Assembly (NCBI GenBank): GCA_028534125.1
Contig: CM052816.1
Location: forward strand, 59,274,001 to 59,338,000
Source: Lama glama
Lineage: Eukaryota
Reading direction: 5' to 3'
DNA: 64,000 nucleotides
Positions 11,820-22,760 of the stretch are shown here, piece after piece. The position numbers were made by a program, and so were the translations under genes. The notes under the pieces were generated by a model. That model searched no databases and was not told where the DNA came from. It worked only from the letters and a program-made list of their open reading frames with translations. Position 1 is the stretch's first letter. Every line of letters starts with the position of its first letter.

Positions 11820-12360
11820 TATTTTACTTTTTTATTATAAAAACAATGCAAGTTTATTGAAAGTAAGTGTGAAATTGAGATAAGGAAAAAAAAGCAGGGT
11901 GGGGGGAGAGAAGGAAGGAAATGATAAAATCCATACTTCTACCAGTTTTTGGTTAACTACTGTTAGAACCTTGGTGTATATCCTTTTAGCTCTTTGTGTC
12001 TGTGAACAGATTTATATATTTAGTATTGTGGAAATGGAATTGCATAGTTTTGGTTGTTTTTCACTTAATATCTTCAAACTGTCTCCATGTCGGTAAATCT
12101 CTACCTTCAAAATTGTCAGTGACCAAACACTATTCAGTAACTTACTTCTGTGTTGATTATTTTCAATATTTTAAAAACAAACATTTTTGTAGCTACTCTT
12201 TGTGTATATCTATTATTATTTCTTTAAGACAAATACATGAAGTAAAATTTTGGGACATAAGAAATGCACGTTTAAAATTTTGCCACCTTTTTTTGTGGGG
12301 AGAGTTCTGGATGGAGCATCCCAATTTATCCTCCTGCCACCAAGTATGAGTGCCCAACGT
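11820..12360 (-). mobile_element. Old L1 (L1ME-like) 3' region
   Basis: 'gttgtttttcacttaatat', 'attatttctttaagacaaatacatgaagtaaaattttggga', 'caatttatcctcctgccaccaagtatgagtgccc'. Confidence 0.65.
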
Positions 12361-12536
12361 GCTTTCTAAATGTATAACATCTGTAGAAGATACAGATAGT
12401 AGTATATGAATGACAGAATAAAAATTCACAAAAATCTCGACAGTTTTCATCATAAAATCAATGGAATGACAAGTAAAAGTTCTTTGATTTAAGTTTGTAA
12501 AAACATTTCTTGTGTATATAGGTGGTGAAAACCCCA

Positions 12537-13010
12537 TGTACTTCTGATTTCTGTTGCTGCGTAACAAACTACCTGGAAACGTAGAGCCTTAGAACAATGA
12601 CGTGATTTATTTTGTTTCAAGTCTGCACTATGGGCAGGGCTTGGTGGGGCCAGCTCATTTCTGCTTCGCTCACGTGTGTTGATGCTGACCATTGGTGAGA
12701 CTTGAGCTGGAGCTGCCAGACAGAACACCTACCTGTGACCTTTCCATGTGGTTGCCTGATGTCTGGGTTCACAGCATGATGACTGGGTTCTAAGGGCAAG
12801 TGTCCCAAGAGGGCCAGGTGGAAAGTCTATCACTCTTACGACCTAGAAATCATGTGCTATCACCCAGGCCACAGTCAAGGCCATTCTGGATTCAAGGAAA
12901 GGGGACCCAGACCTCTCACTTCTTAACGGAGGAGTGTCAGTATCACATAAGAAGAATAGGTGCAATGGGGACATGTTGGGACAGCCATCTCTGGAAAATG
13001 CAATCTGTCA
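12537..13010 (-). mobile_element. MaLR solo LTR (MLT1F-like)
   Basis: 'tctgttgctgcgtaacaaactacc', 'acacctacctgtgacctttccatgtggttgcctg', 'gccatctctggaaaatgcaatctgtca'. Confidence 0.85.
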
Positions 13011-13100
13011 TTTGTGTCCTGTGAAGGTGTTTCAACTTCAAGTACAGTGCAAGTCCGCTAGATATCCTGTAAGCCAGACACAGTCTGAACTTGGTCTATA

Positions 13101-13780
13101 CTATAAATACCCGAATATAGGAAGCATATATTTTTCCCTAAAATTATCCTTCAGAAAAGAGGGAATGTCTTTATGTTTGTGTCTCTCAAATAATGGGGTA
13201 TTTTATTTTGAACAGCTAAGTACTGTTTCTGTAAGGCATACTGAACTGAAACATTCAGTATTCACTTATTTGGAGATGCTTACAGAGGCTGTCTGATAAG
13301 ATCAGTGAAAAGTGCAATTTTAAGAAGTTTTAGTCATTATCCTGGGGATGTGGCTTCACAGATAAGTGTTCTAGGTCACTGAAAATAAGTATTGTAAAGA
13401 TCACTTTAAAAAGTCAAAGAGTAAGTTGTAGATATACCCATAGAATGAATGGGGAGTAAATATTCCTCTAATGTTATGGAAACAGGCACCTGTGGATTAG
13501 GATAAAGTTTCCAATGTCAGCATTATACATTTATCTCAAGTAATTTGAACAGAATAGAACAGGTCTTCCAGAAACTATATAAGGTCATTTAAATGGCTTA
13601 AATAATGATGAAATTAGTGATGTTAAAAGTGGATACAAAAGTTGGAATAAAATTATTCCATGAACTCTGAGTAGGCAAGAAAACAAGTTTTAAATTAGTA
13701 GATTATTTTATATAATAGGTAATTGAAATAGAGATGTGTTATACAATTAATATTAATAAACATTTGACTATATCATCTCC
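13101..13780 (+). mobile_element. Tc2/pogo-type DNA transposon fossil (Kanga1-like) with decayed DDE transposase
   Basis: TA followed by the terminal-like 'ctataaatacccgaatatagg...aaattatccttcagaaaagaggg'; 13330-13428 reads LVI.PGDVASQI.VL...NKYCKDHFKK with frameshifts; 13501-13550 reads DKVSNVSIIH..ISSNLN. Right boundary uncertain. Confidence 0.7.
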
Positions 13781-13954
13781 ATCACTATAGAAATATTTAT
13801 CTCATGTTTTAATATAAAATCTATATTTTCAAATGTATTTTTTAAAACAATATTCAAATAATTTCTGAAGTTATTTTTTTAGTTTATTGGGTTACTTTTC
13901 TTGACTATGTCAATTAGTTGAATGGTTTAAAATATTCCAAATAGCTTAAGAGCA

Positions 13955-14048
13955 GTGAAATCTGTATTTCAACTAACATCATTATCTTTGCATCCCAGAG
14001 CCTGAGACATACTAAGCCCCCATTAAACATTTGTTGAAGTGAATGGAT
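13955..14048 (+). mobile_element. L2 3' terminus
   Basis: 'atctttgcatcccagagcctgagacatactaagcccccattaaacatttgttgaagtgaatgga'. Confidence 0.7.
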
Positions 14049-14191
14049 TTGTTACTCCCTGGGTCCTCACTGCCATTTTGAATTAATCTGGAGGGCCAAG
14101 GGAAGACAGTCAGTAAGAGTTAGCACCCACTTTTGAGTGCTTGCTTCAGAGGGTTCTCTCCCCTCAAGTGCCCCCAACACACACACTCAGG

Positions 14192-14420
14192 CTGTAAGTT
14201 TAAAATACACACTAGATTTCAAGGACTTAGTATGAGAAAAAATTTAAATAGCTCTAATAATTTTTATATTGATTACAAGTGGAAATGATATATATTAGAT
14301 ATAATAAAATTTATTGCTAAAATTAATCGCTTTTTAAAAAAATGTAGCTACTAGAAAATTTAAATTAATACATACAGTTCACATTTGTGGCTGTGTTATC
14401 TTTCTATTGAAGAGGAGTGT
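14192..14420 (-). mobile_element. MER33-like hAT-Charlie element (partial)
   Basis: 'ctgtaagtttaaaatacacactagatttcaaggacttagtatga' and 'aatgtagctactagaaaatttaaatta...tttctattg'. Confidence 0.85.
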
Positions 14421-14565
14421 TACACAGACTTAAAAAATGTTCTCAGATGACATCAAATCATTATCCTGAATGGGTGTTTTGCTTTGTTTTGATTTAAATT
14501 TTGTGTAGGTAATATATATACACAGCACAAAATTCAATAGGAAAAAAAGTGTGTAAGAAGTACTT

Positions 14566-15436
14566 ATGATAGTCTTCTATTGCTGCTCTAACAAATTACC
14601 ACAAAATTAGTGGCTTAAGCCAACACAGATTTATCCTTTTACAGTTCTGGAAGTCAGAAGTCCAAAATAGGTCTCACTGGGTTAAAATTAACCTGTTGCA
14701 GGGCCGCGTCCCTTCTGGAGGCTTGCTTGCCTTTTCCACCTCCTAGAGGTTGCCTGTATTCCTTGGTTTGTGGGCCCCTCCATCTTCAAGGCCATCCATG
14801 ATGGGTCACTTCTCCTACTCTGACTCCTTTCTGTCTCCCTCTTCCACTTGTTTTTCCAGCCAGCTTCACTGAGATATAACTTACATACCTTATAATCGAC
14901 TCGCTTAAATGGCTTTGAGTATATATGCAGAGCTGTACACCCATAAGCACTGTCAATTTTAGAATTTTCAGCACCCCCAAAGGAAACCCCATACCCTGTA
15001 GCCCTCACCTCCTCTCCAGCTTCTCCATTGTCCCCCTCCCTTGGCAACCACTGACCTATTTTCTGACTCTATAGATTTGCCTCGTCTGGACTTAGCATAT
15101 GAATAGGGTCATAATATGTGGTCCTTGGTGACTGGCTTCTTCCACAAAGCAGAATTCTTTTGCAATTCACCCATGTTGTATTGTGTATCATCACTTCATT
15201 TCTTTTCATTGCCAAGTAATATTCCATTGTATCCTTTTTCCATTTTTAAAGATGCTTGTGATTTCTAAGCCCACAGGGACAGTCCAGGATAATCTTCCTA
15301 TCTTAAGGTCAGCTGTTTCGCAACCTTAGTCCCATCTGCAATCTTAATTCCTTCTCGCTGTTTAATATAACATATTTGTGGGTTTGGGAGTTAGGGTGTG
15401 GATGTCTTTGTAAGAAGCCATGATTATGCTGATTCG
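14566..15436 (-). mobile_element. MaLR solo LTR (MLT1D-like), split by an L1 insertion at 14850-15232
   Basis: Left part 'ctattgctgctctaacaaattaccacaaaattagtggcttaa'; resumes at 15233 with 'ccatttttaaagatgcttgtgatt...ccaggataatcttcctatcttaaggtcagctg'. Confidence 0.88.
14850..15232 (-). mobile_element. L1 3' end (L1MB-like), 5'-truncated, nested in MLT1D
   Basis: 'cagcttcactgagatataacttacatacc', 'ggcaaccactgacctattttctgactctatagatttgcct', 'taatattccattgtat'; degenerate TSD ccctcttccactt/cctttttccattt. Confidence 0.88.
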
Positions 15437-15680
15437 AGTGCCCAGCTCCAGGGAATGCTACTGGGAGCAGAACACAGTGCCCCTCTCCCCAGAGGCAGCC
15501 CTGCTACCAGTGTCTTTTTTATCCTTAAGTCATATTCTTTGCAGATACAAATATGTTTTCTAAAAACAGATTTCTGAAAAATACCAATAGTAGAAAATAC
15601 AATATACTACTTACTGTATATACTGTCTTTCACCTTGCTTCCTATTTTTGGTTTTCTGGTCTTAAATCAACCTTGGAGAT

Positions 15681-16140
15681 TATATTAGTTTCCTAGGACT
15701 GCTGGAACAAATTACCACCAACTGGGTGATTAAAACAACAGAAAAGAATTTTCTGCAGTTCTGGGAGACACATGTCCAAAATAAAAATGGTGACAGGGTC
15801 GTGCCCCCTCCAGAGGCACTAGGGGAGAGTCTGTTCCTTGCCTTTCCCCACTTCTGGTAACTCCGGACATTCCTGGACTGTGGCTGCATCACTCCAATCT
15901 GTCTCCATCTTCACGTGTCCTTCCACACTCCTTTTCTCTCCATGTCTGTGTCTTCTCCTTTTCTGTCTCTTAATAAGGACATTTGAATTTGTCTTTGAAT
16001 TTAGGGCCCACCCAGATACTCTAAGCTAATCTCATAGATCCTTTATTATACCTACAAAGGCTCTTTTTTCAGATAAGGTCACATTCTGGGGGTTAGGACA
16101 TGGCCATGCCTTTTGAGGGGCCGCCAGTGGACCTCCCACA
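15681..16140 (-). mobile_element. MaLR solo LTR (MLT1C/B-like)
   Basis: 'tatattagtttcctaggactgctggaacaaattaccac', 'tggctgcatcactccaatct', 'agataaggtcacattctgggggttaggacatgg', ends 'cccaca'. Confidence 0.88.
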
Positions 16141-17335
16141 GAGATCATTCCATATCAATCTAGGCAGCAGAGCCTTAATCTTTCAAGCCACAGTGTAGTA
16201 GTTCGTGGTAAAGTCATGCTTAAACAGCTGTCCTATTGATGAGCAATTAGTTTGTTCTGTTTGTGGCTTCTCCTTAAAATTAGTAGTCAAAATATTGTGA
16301 AATAGCCAACAAAATTTCGTAAAGGCATAAACCTTAAGAAAAAGGATGACTAATTTAGACTGGCCTGTAGGAGTCCGCCGAGGGTACAGTTAAGCAAAGG
16401 TACCTCTGACAGCGTGCCAGGTGCACCCATTGCTGTTGACCTGGAGACTCTCTCAGTGAAAGAGGTGTTGAAATCCTGGTGAAACATTTCAGCAGGATGC
16501 TCTCCAGGCTTGGAGGGGACCCAAGGTCACTCTCTGATGAGGGGAGAGGAGAGAGCCCTTGTTAGCTCTTTCCTGGCACTCTTTCCCTGATCAGGGGACA
16601 GTGAGCTGGCATCATCAGTGAGCCCATGCTGGAAACGGCCTGGGGACCCCTGCAGAAAGGTGTGCGGGTGGCCAGGTGTGCCCAGCTCAGGAGCAGCCCC
16701 TTCTTCTCTGGGAAGAACAAATGTCCCAGAACCTATTTACTGTGTAACCCCATGCTTGCCAGTGTGACAAGCATCCTGCCTGAATGCTGCATGACCCATA
16801 GCTGTGTGGCCGCATCTGGGTGAATCCCCCTCCACGTGTGATCTCAAGCGCTGCGTTTTACACCCATATCTTCATTCCCGGCACATTTCCCAAGTGAGAC
16901 GTTTACATCTGAGTTACAGTTTGGTTCCTTTACTGGCCTCCCTTCCCCCTCAACACACCCTCAACACACACACACACCCCTCTTCAGGAAAAATCACATC
17001 AGGTAAACTTGGGCTCTTGTGTTTCTTAGGTAAGGCTTTTAGATAAAACCCTGAGGTGAGACTCAGCCTGCTTACAGTGGCGTCCAGCCCAGAGGCAGTT
17101 TGCACAGATTATTTCACACAAAGGCATAATTCAGGTACGGCTCCCAACAAGGGCATATTGTATCACTGTCGCTTTGTTGGGAGTCCTGTTAATGGTTTAC
17201 CTGCACTGTGTCCTCCAATTTAAACATATCCGTCCCATTTGGCAGGAGCAACCCAAGGGCTGATCCTTGACCCTCTGTGCCAACTGACCACATTTAAGGG
17301 AGACCCTCAAACCTGGGGTGCAAAGCCTGCTTCCC

Positions 17336-17835
17336 NNNNNNNNNNNNNNNNNNNNNNNNNNNNNNNNNNNNNNNNNNNNNNNNNNNNNNNNNNNNNNNNN
17401 NNNNNNNNNNNNNNNNNNNNNNNNNNNNNNNNNNNNNNNNNNNNNNNNNNNNNNNNNNNNNNNNNNNNNNNNNNNNNNNNNNNNNNNNNNNNNNNNNNNN
17501 NNNNNNNNNNNNNNNNNNNNNNNNNNNNNNNNNNNNNNNNNNNNNNNNNNNNNNNNNNNNNNNNNNNNNNNNNNNNNNNNNNNNNNNNNNNNNNNNNNNN
17601 NNNNNNNNNNNNNNNNNNNNNNNNNNNNNNNNNNNNNNNNNNNNNNNNNNNNNNNNNNNNNNNNNNNNNNNNNNNNNNNNNNNNNNNNNNNNNNNNNNNN
17701 NNNNNNNNNNNNNNNNNNNNNNNNNNNNNNNNNNNNNNNNNNNNNNNNNNNNNNNNNNNNNNNNNNNNNNNNNNNNNNNNNNNNNNNNNNNNNNNNNNNN
17801 NNNNNNNNNNNNNNNNNNNNNNNNNNNNNNNNNNN
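17336..17835. other. Assembly gap (500 N)
   Basis: Run of N. Confidence 1.
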
Positions 17836-17944
17836 TGGAATTCTCACCTGGGCACATCTGTTTTCAGGATGTCTTGATCTAATTAAGTCGCAAGGAGGGA
17901 AGCCAAAGTAAATTCCCCCTAGGAAAATGCTGGAAGGACATGAT

Positions 17945-18040
17945 GTCCTCCCCTCTAGGACTCAGCTTCCTCTTTTATAATAAATGAAAAGGCTACAGGT
18001 AGCCAATATCTGAGATGTCTTCCACCTGATGTGCCTGTGT
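17945..18040 (+). mobile_element. MIR fragment
   Basis: 'cccctctaggactcagcttcctcttttataataaatgaaaagg...atctgagatgtcttccacc'. Confidence 0.5.
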
Positions 18041-18359
18041 GTTTTGAGTTGAGATCAGAGCATCAGTTATCTTCCATGGGCTTAGATACCAAGGACTTTG
18101 AGATTGATGGTAATTCCCCCGATATACATTACCTGCTTCTCTTCTCTCTTAAATCAGTCTTATCCTTAAAGATGTCAAAGAGCTCTTACAACATATAAAA
18201 ATGGTCTCCTGTATCATGGTTGCCAATAATACAAGGAAACTTAGTAAATGGTAAAGTCAGATTTGGGAAAGACTGAGTCCAGCCCTAAATCTGCTGTAGA
18301 GATGTCCGAGGAGGAGCAAAATCAAGTTTTTAATAAATGGAACTAGTTTCTCTTCATTT

Positions 18360-18451
18360 GGGGGGGAGGATATAGCTCAGTGGTAGAGTGTGGCCTTAGC
18401 ATGCACGAGGTTCAGGGTTCAATCCCCAGTACCTCCATTAAAAAAAAAAAA
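18360..18451 (+). mobile_element. tRNA-Ala-derived camelid SINE (short form)
   Basis: 'ggggggaggatatagctcagtggtagagtgtggccttagcatgcacgaggttcagggttcaatccccagtacctccatt' plus poly(A). Confidence 0.92.
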
Positions 18452-19585
18452 TTAGAGTGTAGAGGCCTCTAATAGGCAGCAGTTCCAACTGATTAAAACT
18501 AAAACTGAAACTAAAACTAAAAATTTATGCTACATGACAGCCATTCTACCTAGGTTGGGGATAGTTTCCACAGGCAGACAATAAATTCTTTTTTTCCTTC
18601 TCCTGTTGACCAGAAGAGCAGCAGCTGTGAGGAACATTTGCTGTGGGGTGAATCTAGACTGTCTTGAGGAGCTAAGATTTAAGTCCATTCTTTCAACATT
18701 TCCATAGTACCCAGTTTGATTTCAGCTGTGTGCATGTTTAATCTTGCTTAAAACCAAGCTCCTGGAATGAACCTGGGAAAGACGGGAAATGCTGGGAAAT
18801 GAAACTCATATTTATTTTGGAAGCAAAGGGCCACCGCATTCCAGCTTTCACGGCAGGAGGGCAAATCTACACCGTGTTGTAACCCTGCAGTTGGAGCGCG
18901 GAGGAGGAGGTGGGATGGGATCCCGTGTTGCTGTGACTTCCAGTGTCTCTCAGGCTGAGTGTCCTGGGAGCAGCAAGCCATGCTGATTTCCTTTTGCAGA
19001 TACACAATAGGGACTTAATAAGTAAGCGGGGACTTGATTTTGAAGCCTTGGTTATAGTGCAGCCACTTTTTCAAACAAACTCTTTACGTGATCGCACAGC
19101 ATTCCCCTGACCTCCTCGTTTTCCCCAGCCTTTCCACCATCTCAGAACGTGCCCCTCCCTCCTGCCTTCCTCCGCAGTCAGTAACATGATTGAGATGAAC
19201 AACATTGATTGTGTCCCTCGGGTATTGTGGTTTGCCTTGGTAAAGGGGAAATGGTGATCTGTACAACTGTGTTGACTATCACTCATTCCTGGTGAAAGCA
19301 AATAGAGGTGAATGTAACCAAGAAAGATGCCGGCTTGGCAATTTTAGAACAGAAACTATACCTTAGGTTTCCTCCACGTTCAAAGGCCAAATCTCGTGTC
19401 AGTGTCAGGAAATGGGAGATCATGTACGTAGAAAACTTCAGGGGAAAAAAGGCTTTGTTCTGTTTATATGTGGAGGGAAGAAAAAAGAATACTAATGCTT
19501 TTTAAGTTTCAGGTTCCCTTTTCTTAAAAAGGAAAGTAGTAAGTTCTTCCAGCCTGCTGTGTCAGTAAAATGTTTCACTTTCCAT

Positions 19586-19664
19586 TAGATAGGTGGGTGG
19601 GTAGGTGGGTAGGTAGGTAGGTAGGTAGATAGATAGATAGGTAGGTAGATAGATAGATACATAC
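19586..19664. repeat. Compound tetranucleotide microsatellite (GGTG/GGTA/GATA)n
   Basis: Directly visible: tagataggtgggtgggtaggtgggtaggtaggtaggtaggtagatagatagatagg... Confidence 0.95.
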
Positions 19665-21499
19665 CGTTAAAGGTTAAACTTCATCTGGAATTCAGGCTTC
19701 CAGCTGAAAAATTTAGAAGAATTATTGAGAGATCTGAATTCATTCCTTCAATCGAGTTTGAATTGCGTTACGATAGAACAGGAGAACAAGTGCCCATCTG
19801 AAATATATTCGAATTATCTGGAAAAAGAAACAAAACCATCCTTCCCAGTCCTTGTGGTCAGAAGACTTCTTATGTCTCCACCCCATCCATCTTCCTGCTG
19901 CCCAAGTCTCCTTCGGGCTGGGTCCTCTGGAGGAGGGAAGGGGCAAGCTCTGTCATTCAGACAGCGCAGGAGGATCCCCCGCCTCGCCCCCACTCTGTAA
20001 TTAGGCCCTCTTCACAAAAGCCCTTCTCTTTCCTATACAATTACATCCCCTTCCCATTTTCCTTCCAGGTATGGCTCACTTCCAAAACCTTTCCTCCCTT
20101 GTGCTGTCTGCTCCCCTGGCTCATCCTCGTTGGCTCTGCCCCACCGTCTCAGTGGGGCCCAGGTATGGAGCCCGGCGAGCAGACGAAGGTTGGCCTGCCT
20201 GGGGCTGGCAAGGAGGAGTCCCTGGTGACACTCACAGCACTCTGAGTCAGCTCCTGGTGGTGGGAGAGGAATCAGATGATCTCAAGAGACTTTTTCATTG
20301 CTTTTCCTTATTGAAAAAAAAATAGAAGTAAAATAGGAAAATCGGGCCACTCTTGGAAATGCTCATCTTGCATGAACAAGCACGTACGTGTACCAACAGC
20401 ATGAAAGGAACTGAAACATTTTACCCATCCGAAGGAAAAGACAGAAAGAAAATCCACCCCTCTTCCCCCAGATCAGCCAGCAGGCCTCCCCTGGCCACCC
20501 CTAACTCCTCACCAAACCAGACTTCTTGGTTTGCATTTGCCACCACACCCTAGTGTGTGTGAATGCTGTGTTTATTTGAATGTGCAATCAACAATGGTTC
20601 TCTTTCTCTTTTTATTCTCACTGCCAAAGACAACAAATGCAAATGGTGAGACAGAATTGGGATGAGAAGAGTCCAAATAAGGGCTAGCGTAGCATTAAGG
20701 TTAACGGCCTATGTGATAATCCCCAAACCATCCGAAGGAGGCGAGTACCTTACAACAGCTGTGCAGGCCATAAATAAAGCTTCTCTGACTTTTATGCATG
20801 TAAAATCTGGACCATAAATGTTACATTAACATTTTTTTGCATAACCCATGGGAAACAAGTCGTCCTCTAAGGACTTGTGTTGCTTATACCTAAGGCATAT
20901 GGAGCCAGACTTTGATGGAAGGTTCTGAAAGAATTGGGCAATTTCTTGGAATATTGGGGTAACTGTAAAGCCAGGGGAGGCGGGAGGAGTGGAGAGTCTG
21001 GTGGTTAGGCAAAGGGCCAAGAGAGAAGTTTCCCAGAAACTGTTGGATATAGTCTGCAGCCAGCCGGAAATACCATCTCTTTTCATTGAACTTGTCCGTG
21101 ATATGAGCTGTTGTTCTCCCCAAGTAACTTGGTTTTAAAAGCTTAGACAGGGCATTGCTTTATAGCTGAGATAGCCATGACTGCTTCTCGTGACATGCAA
21201 ATTAAAATAGGAATGAATATATCAAAAAAGCAAAGGCGGCTCTTTGGCCGGCAGCTGCTCGCACCGTCGCAGAGGCAGACAGGTAGACCTGTCACTTTAA
21301 AGATGAAAATCCCTTTAGCAAACTGGCAGTCAGTCAGTCCTGGTCAAGTGGACTTGAAAGCATTGTGATTCTTCCTGCTGTCAGCTGACTTCTGGAAGAG
21401 TTGCTGCTGGCAGGTCGGTTCACAGGTGCAGCGGAGCCCCAGGGTTCCATGACCCTTTGCTTTGGGAGAAGAAGTGAGGGAAGGTTTGGAGGAGACTTA

Positions 21500-22230
21500 A
21501 AAATAACAACATCTATATACTGAGTACTTAATAGGCGTTTTGCTTTGGGGTTTTGTGGGGTTTTTTGTTTTTTTTTTTTGGTTTTGTCTCAGTGATCATT
21601 TTAAGACAGATACCACTACGAACTGGACTTTACAGTTAGTGTGTTAGCTTCTTAGGATTGCTGTAGCAAATTATCACAAACAGTAATTTAAAACAACACA
21701 AACTTATTACCTGATAGCTCTGTAGAAATCTGACATTGGTTTCCCTGGGCTAAAATCAAGGTGTTGAAAGGGCTGTAGTCCTTTCTGGAAGCTATAGGGG
21801 AGGAGCGTTCTCTTGCCTTTCTGGTTTCTAAAGGCCATTCTTATTTCTTGGCTCATGGCCCCCTTCTTCAATGCCCAAAGCCAGCAAATGCTGGGTTGGG
21901 TTTTTATCACGTCGTCTCACTCTGATCTTTTCTGCCTCCTTCTTCCTGTGAGATTACACTGAGCCTGTATGGGCAGTCCAGGACGATCTGCCCATCTCCA
22001 GGGCAGCTGATTAGCATCCTTCATTCCATCTGCAGACTTAGTTTTCCTTTACCACAGAACCCAACGTACTCCATGTCCAGGGGTTAGGAAGTGGGCATCT
22101 TGGGGGAGCCATTAGTCTGCCTCCACAGATAGAAACACCAAGGAACAGAAAAGTTAGGAAACTAGTGTAGGCTCACACAACCAGTTGGTAGTAGAGCCAA
22201 GATTAGCTTTGAGCCTAAACTTGATCTGGA
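21500..22230 (-). mobile_element. MIR SINE split by an MLT1D insertion
   Basis: Left 'aataacaacatctatatactgagtactta...actttacagttag'; right 'gaaacaccaaggaacagaaaagttaggaaactagtgtaggctcacacaaccagt'. Confidence 0.65.
21640..22127 (-). mobile_element. MaLR solo LTR (MLT1D-like), complete
   Basis: tg...ca termini; 'gggctaaaatcaaggtgtt', 'cagctgattagcatccttcattccatctgca'; 5-bp TSD gttag/gatag. Confidence 0.9.
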
Positions 22231-22664
22231 AACAGGAAAAGAAGCAAGGGGAAAGAGTGAAAGAAAGTGGAGGGAGAAATTTTTTACAATAAAGGACATG
22301 GACTTTTTGCAATAAATGCACTGTTGGTGACAAGTCAGTTGAACAAGAGGAATGTGTCTGTGGGACAATTGGCCTTTATTAACCACCTACTTTATTCCCC
22401 CATTTAACCTGTAAATCATTTCCATAAATCATAGTTCACCAAATTACATCAACCTAACTCAGAATACTGGTCTTTCTGGTGTCATAAAACATCCTAGGGC
22501 ATTGAGACCCACCCCACAACAGACCACACACAGCTCTAGGAACCCGGGACAAAGGTGTTAGTGTGTGCATGAGTGCACACACACCACCCTATAGCCCTCA
22601 CCACACCAAGCTGCCAATGAAGCAAGTAGCCTTGTTCCATAGGATCCTGTTGGACAGGATTTGA

Positions 22665-22760
22665 ATTAATAAGTGAAAGGTACAGGGAGGTAAGTCAAGA
22701 TTAATGTCAAGAAGACTTTTCCTAACAGCAAGAACAATGAGCTATCTAACTATGAGACTC
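22665..22760 (+). mobile_element. L3/CR1 3' fragment
   Basis: 'gtgaaaggtacagggaggtaagtcaagattaatgtcaagaagacttttcctaaca' resembles L3 'ggaagttacagggaggcagatttcggctcaatataaggaagaactttctaaca'. Confidence 0.5.

Noticed and set aside
17197..17911. Long ORFs of 180-216 aa here and at 53028-53621
   Set aside because: Artefacts of translating N runs.
18360..18451. tRNA-Ala(AGC) genes here and at 6404, 6556, 31286, 38347 and 54561
   Set aside because: They have G-rich 5' extensions, A-rich tails, TSDs in some copies and stem-breaking substitutions, so they are SINEs.
20389..20401. 12-mer gtaccaacagca shared with ~59140
   Set aside because: Exact matches of this length are expected by chance in 64 kb, and the flanks do not align.
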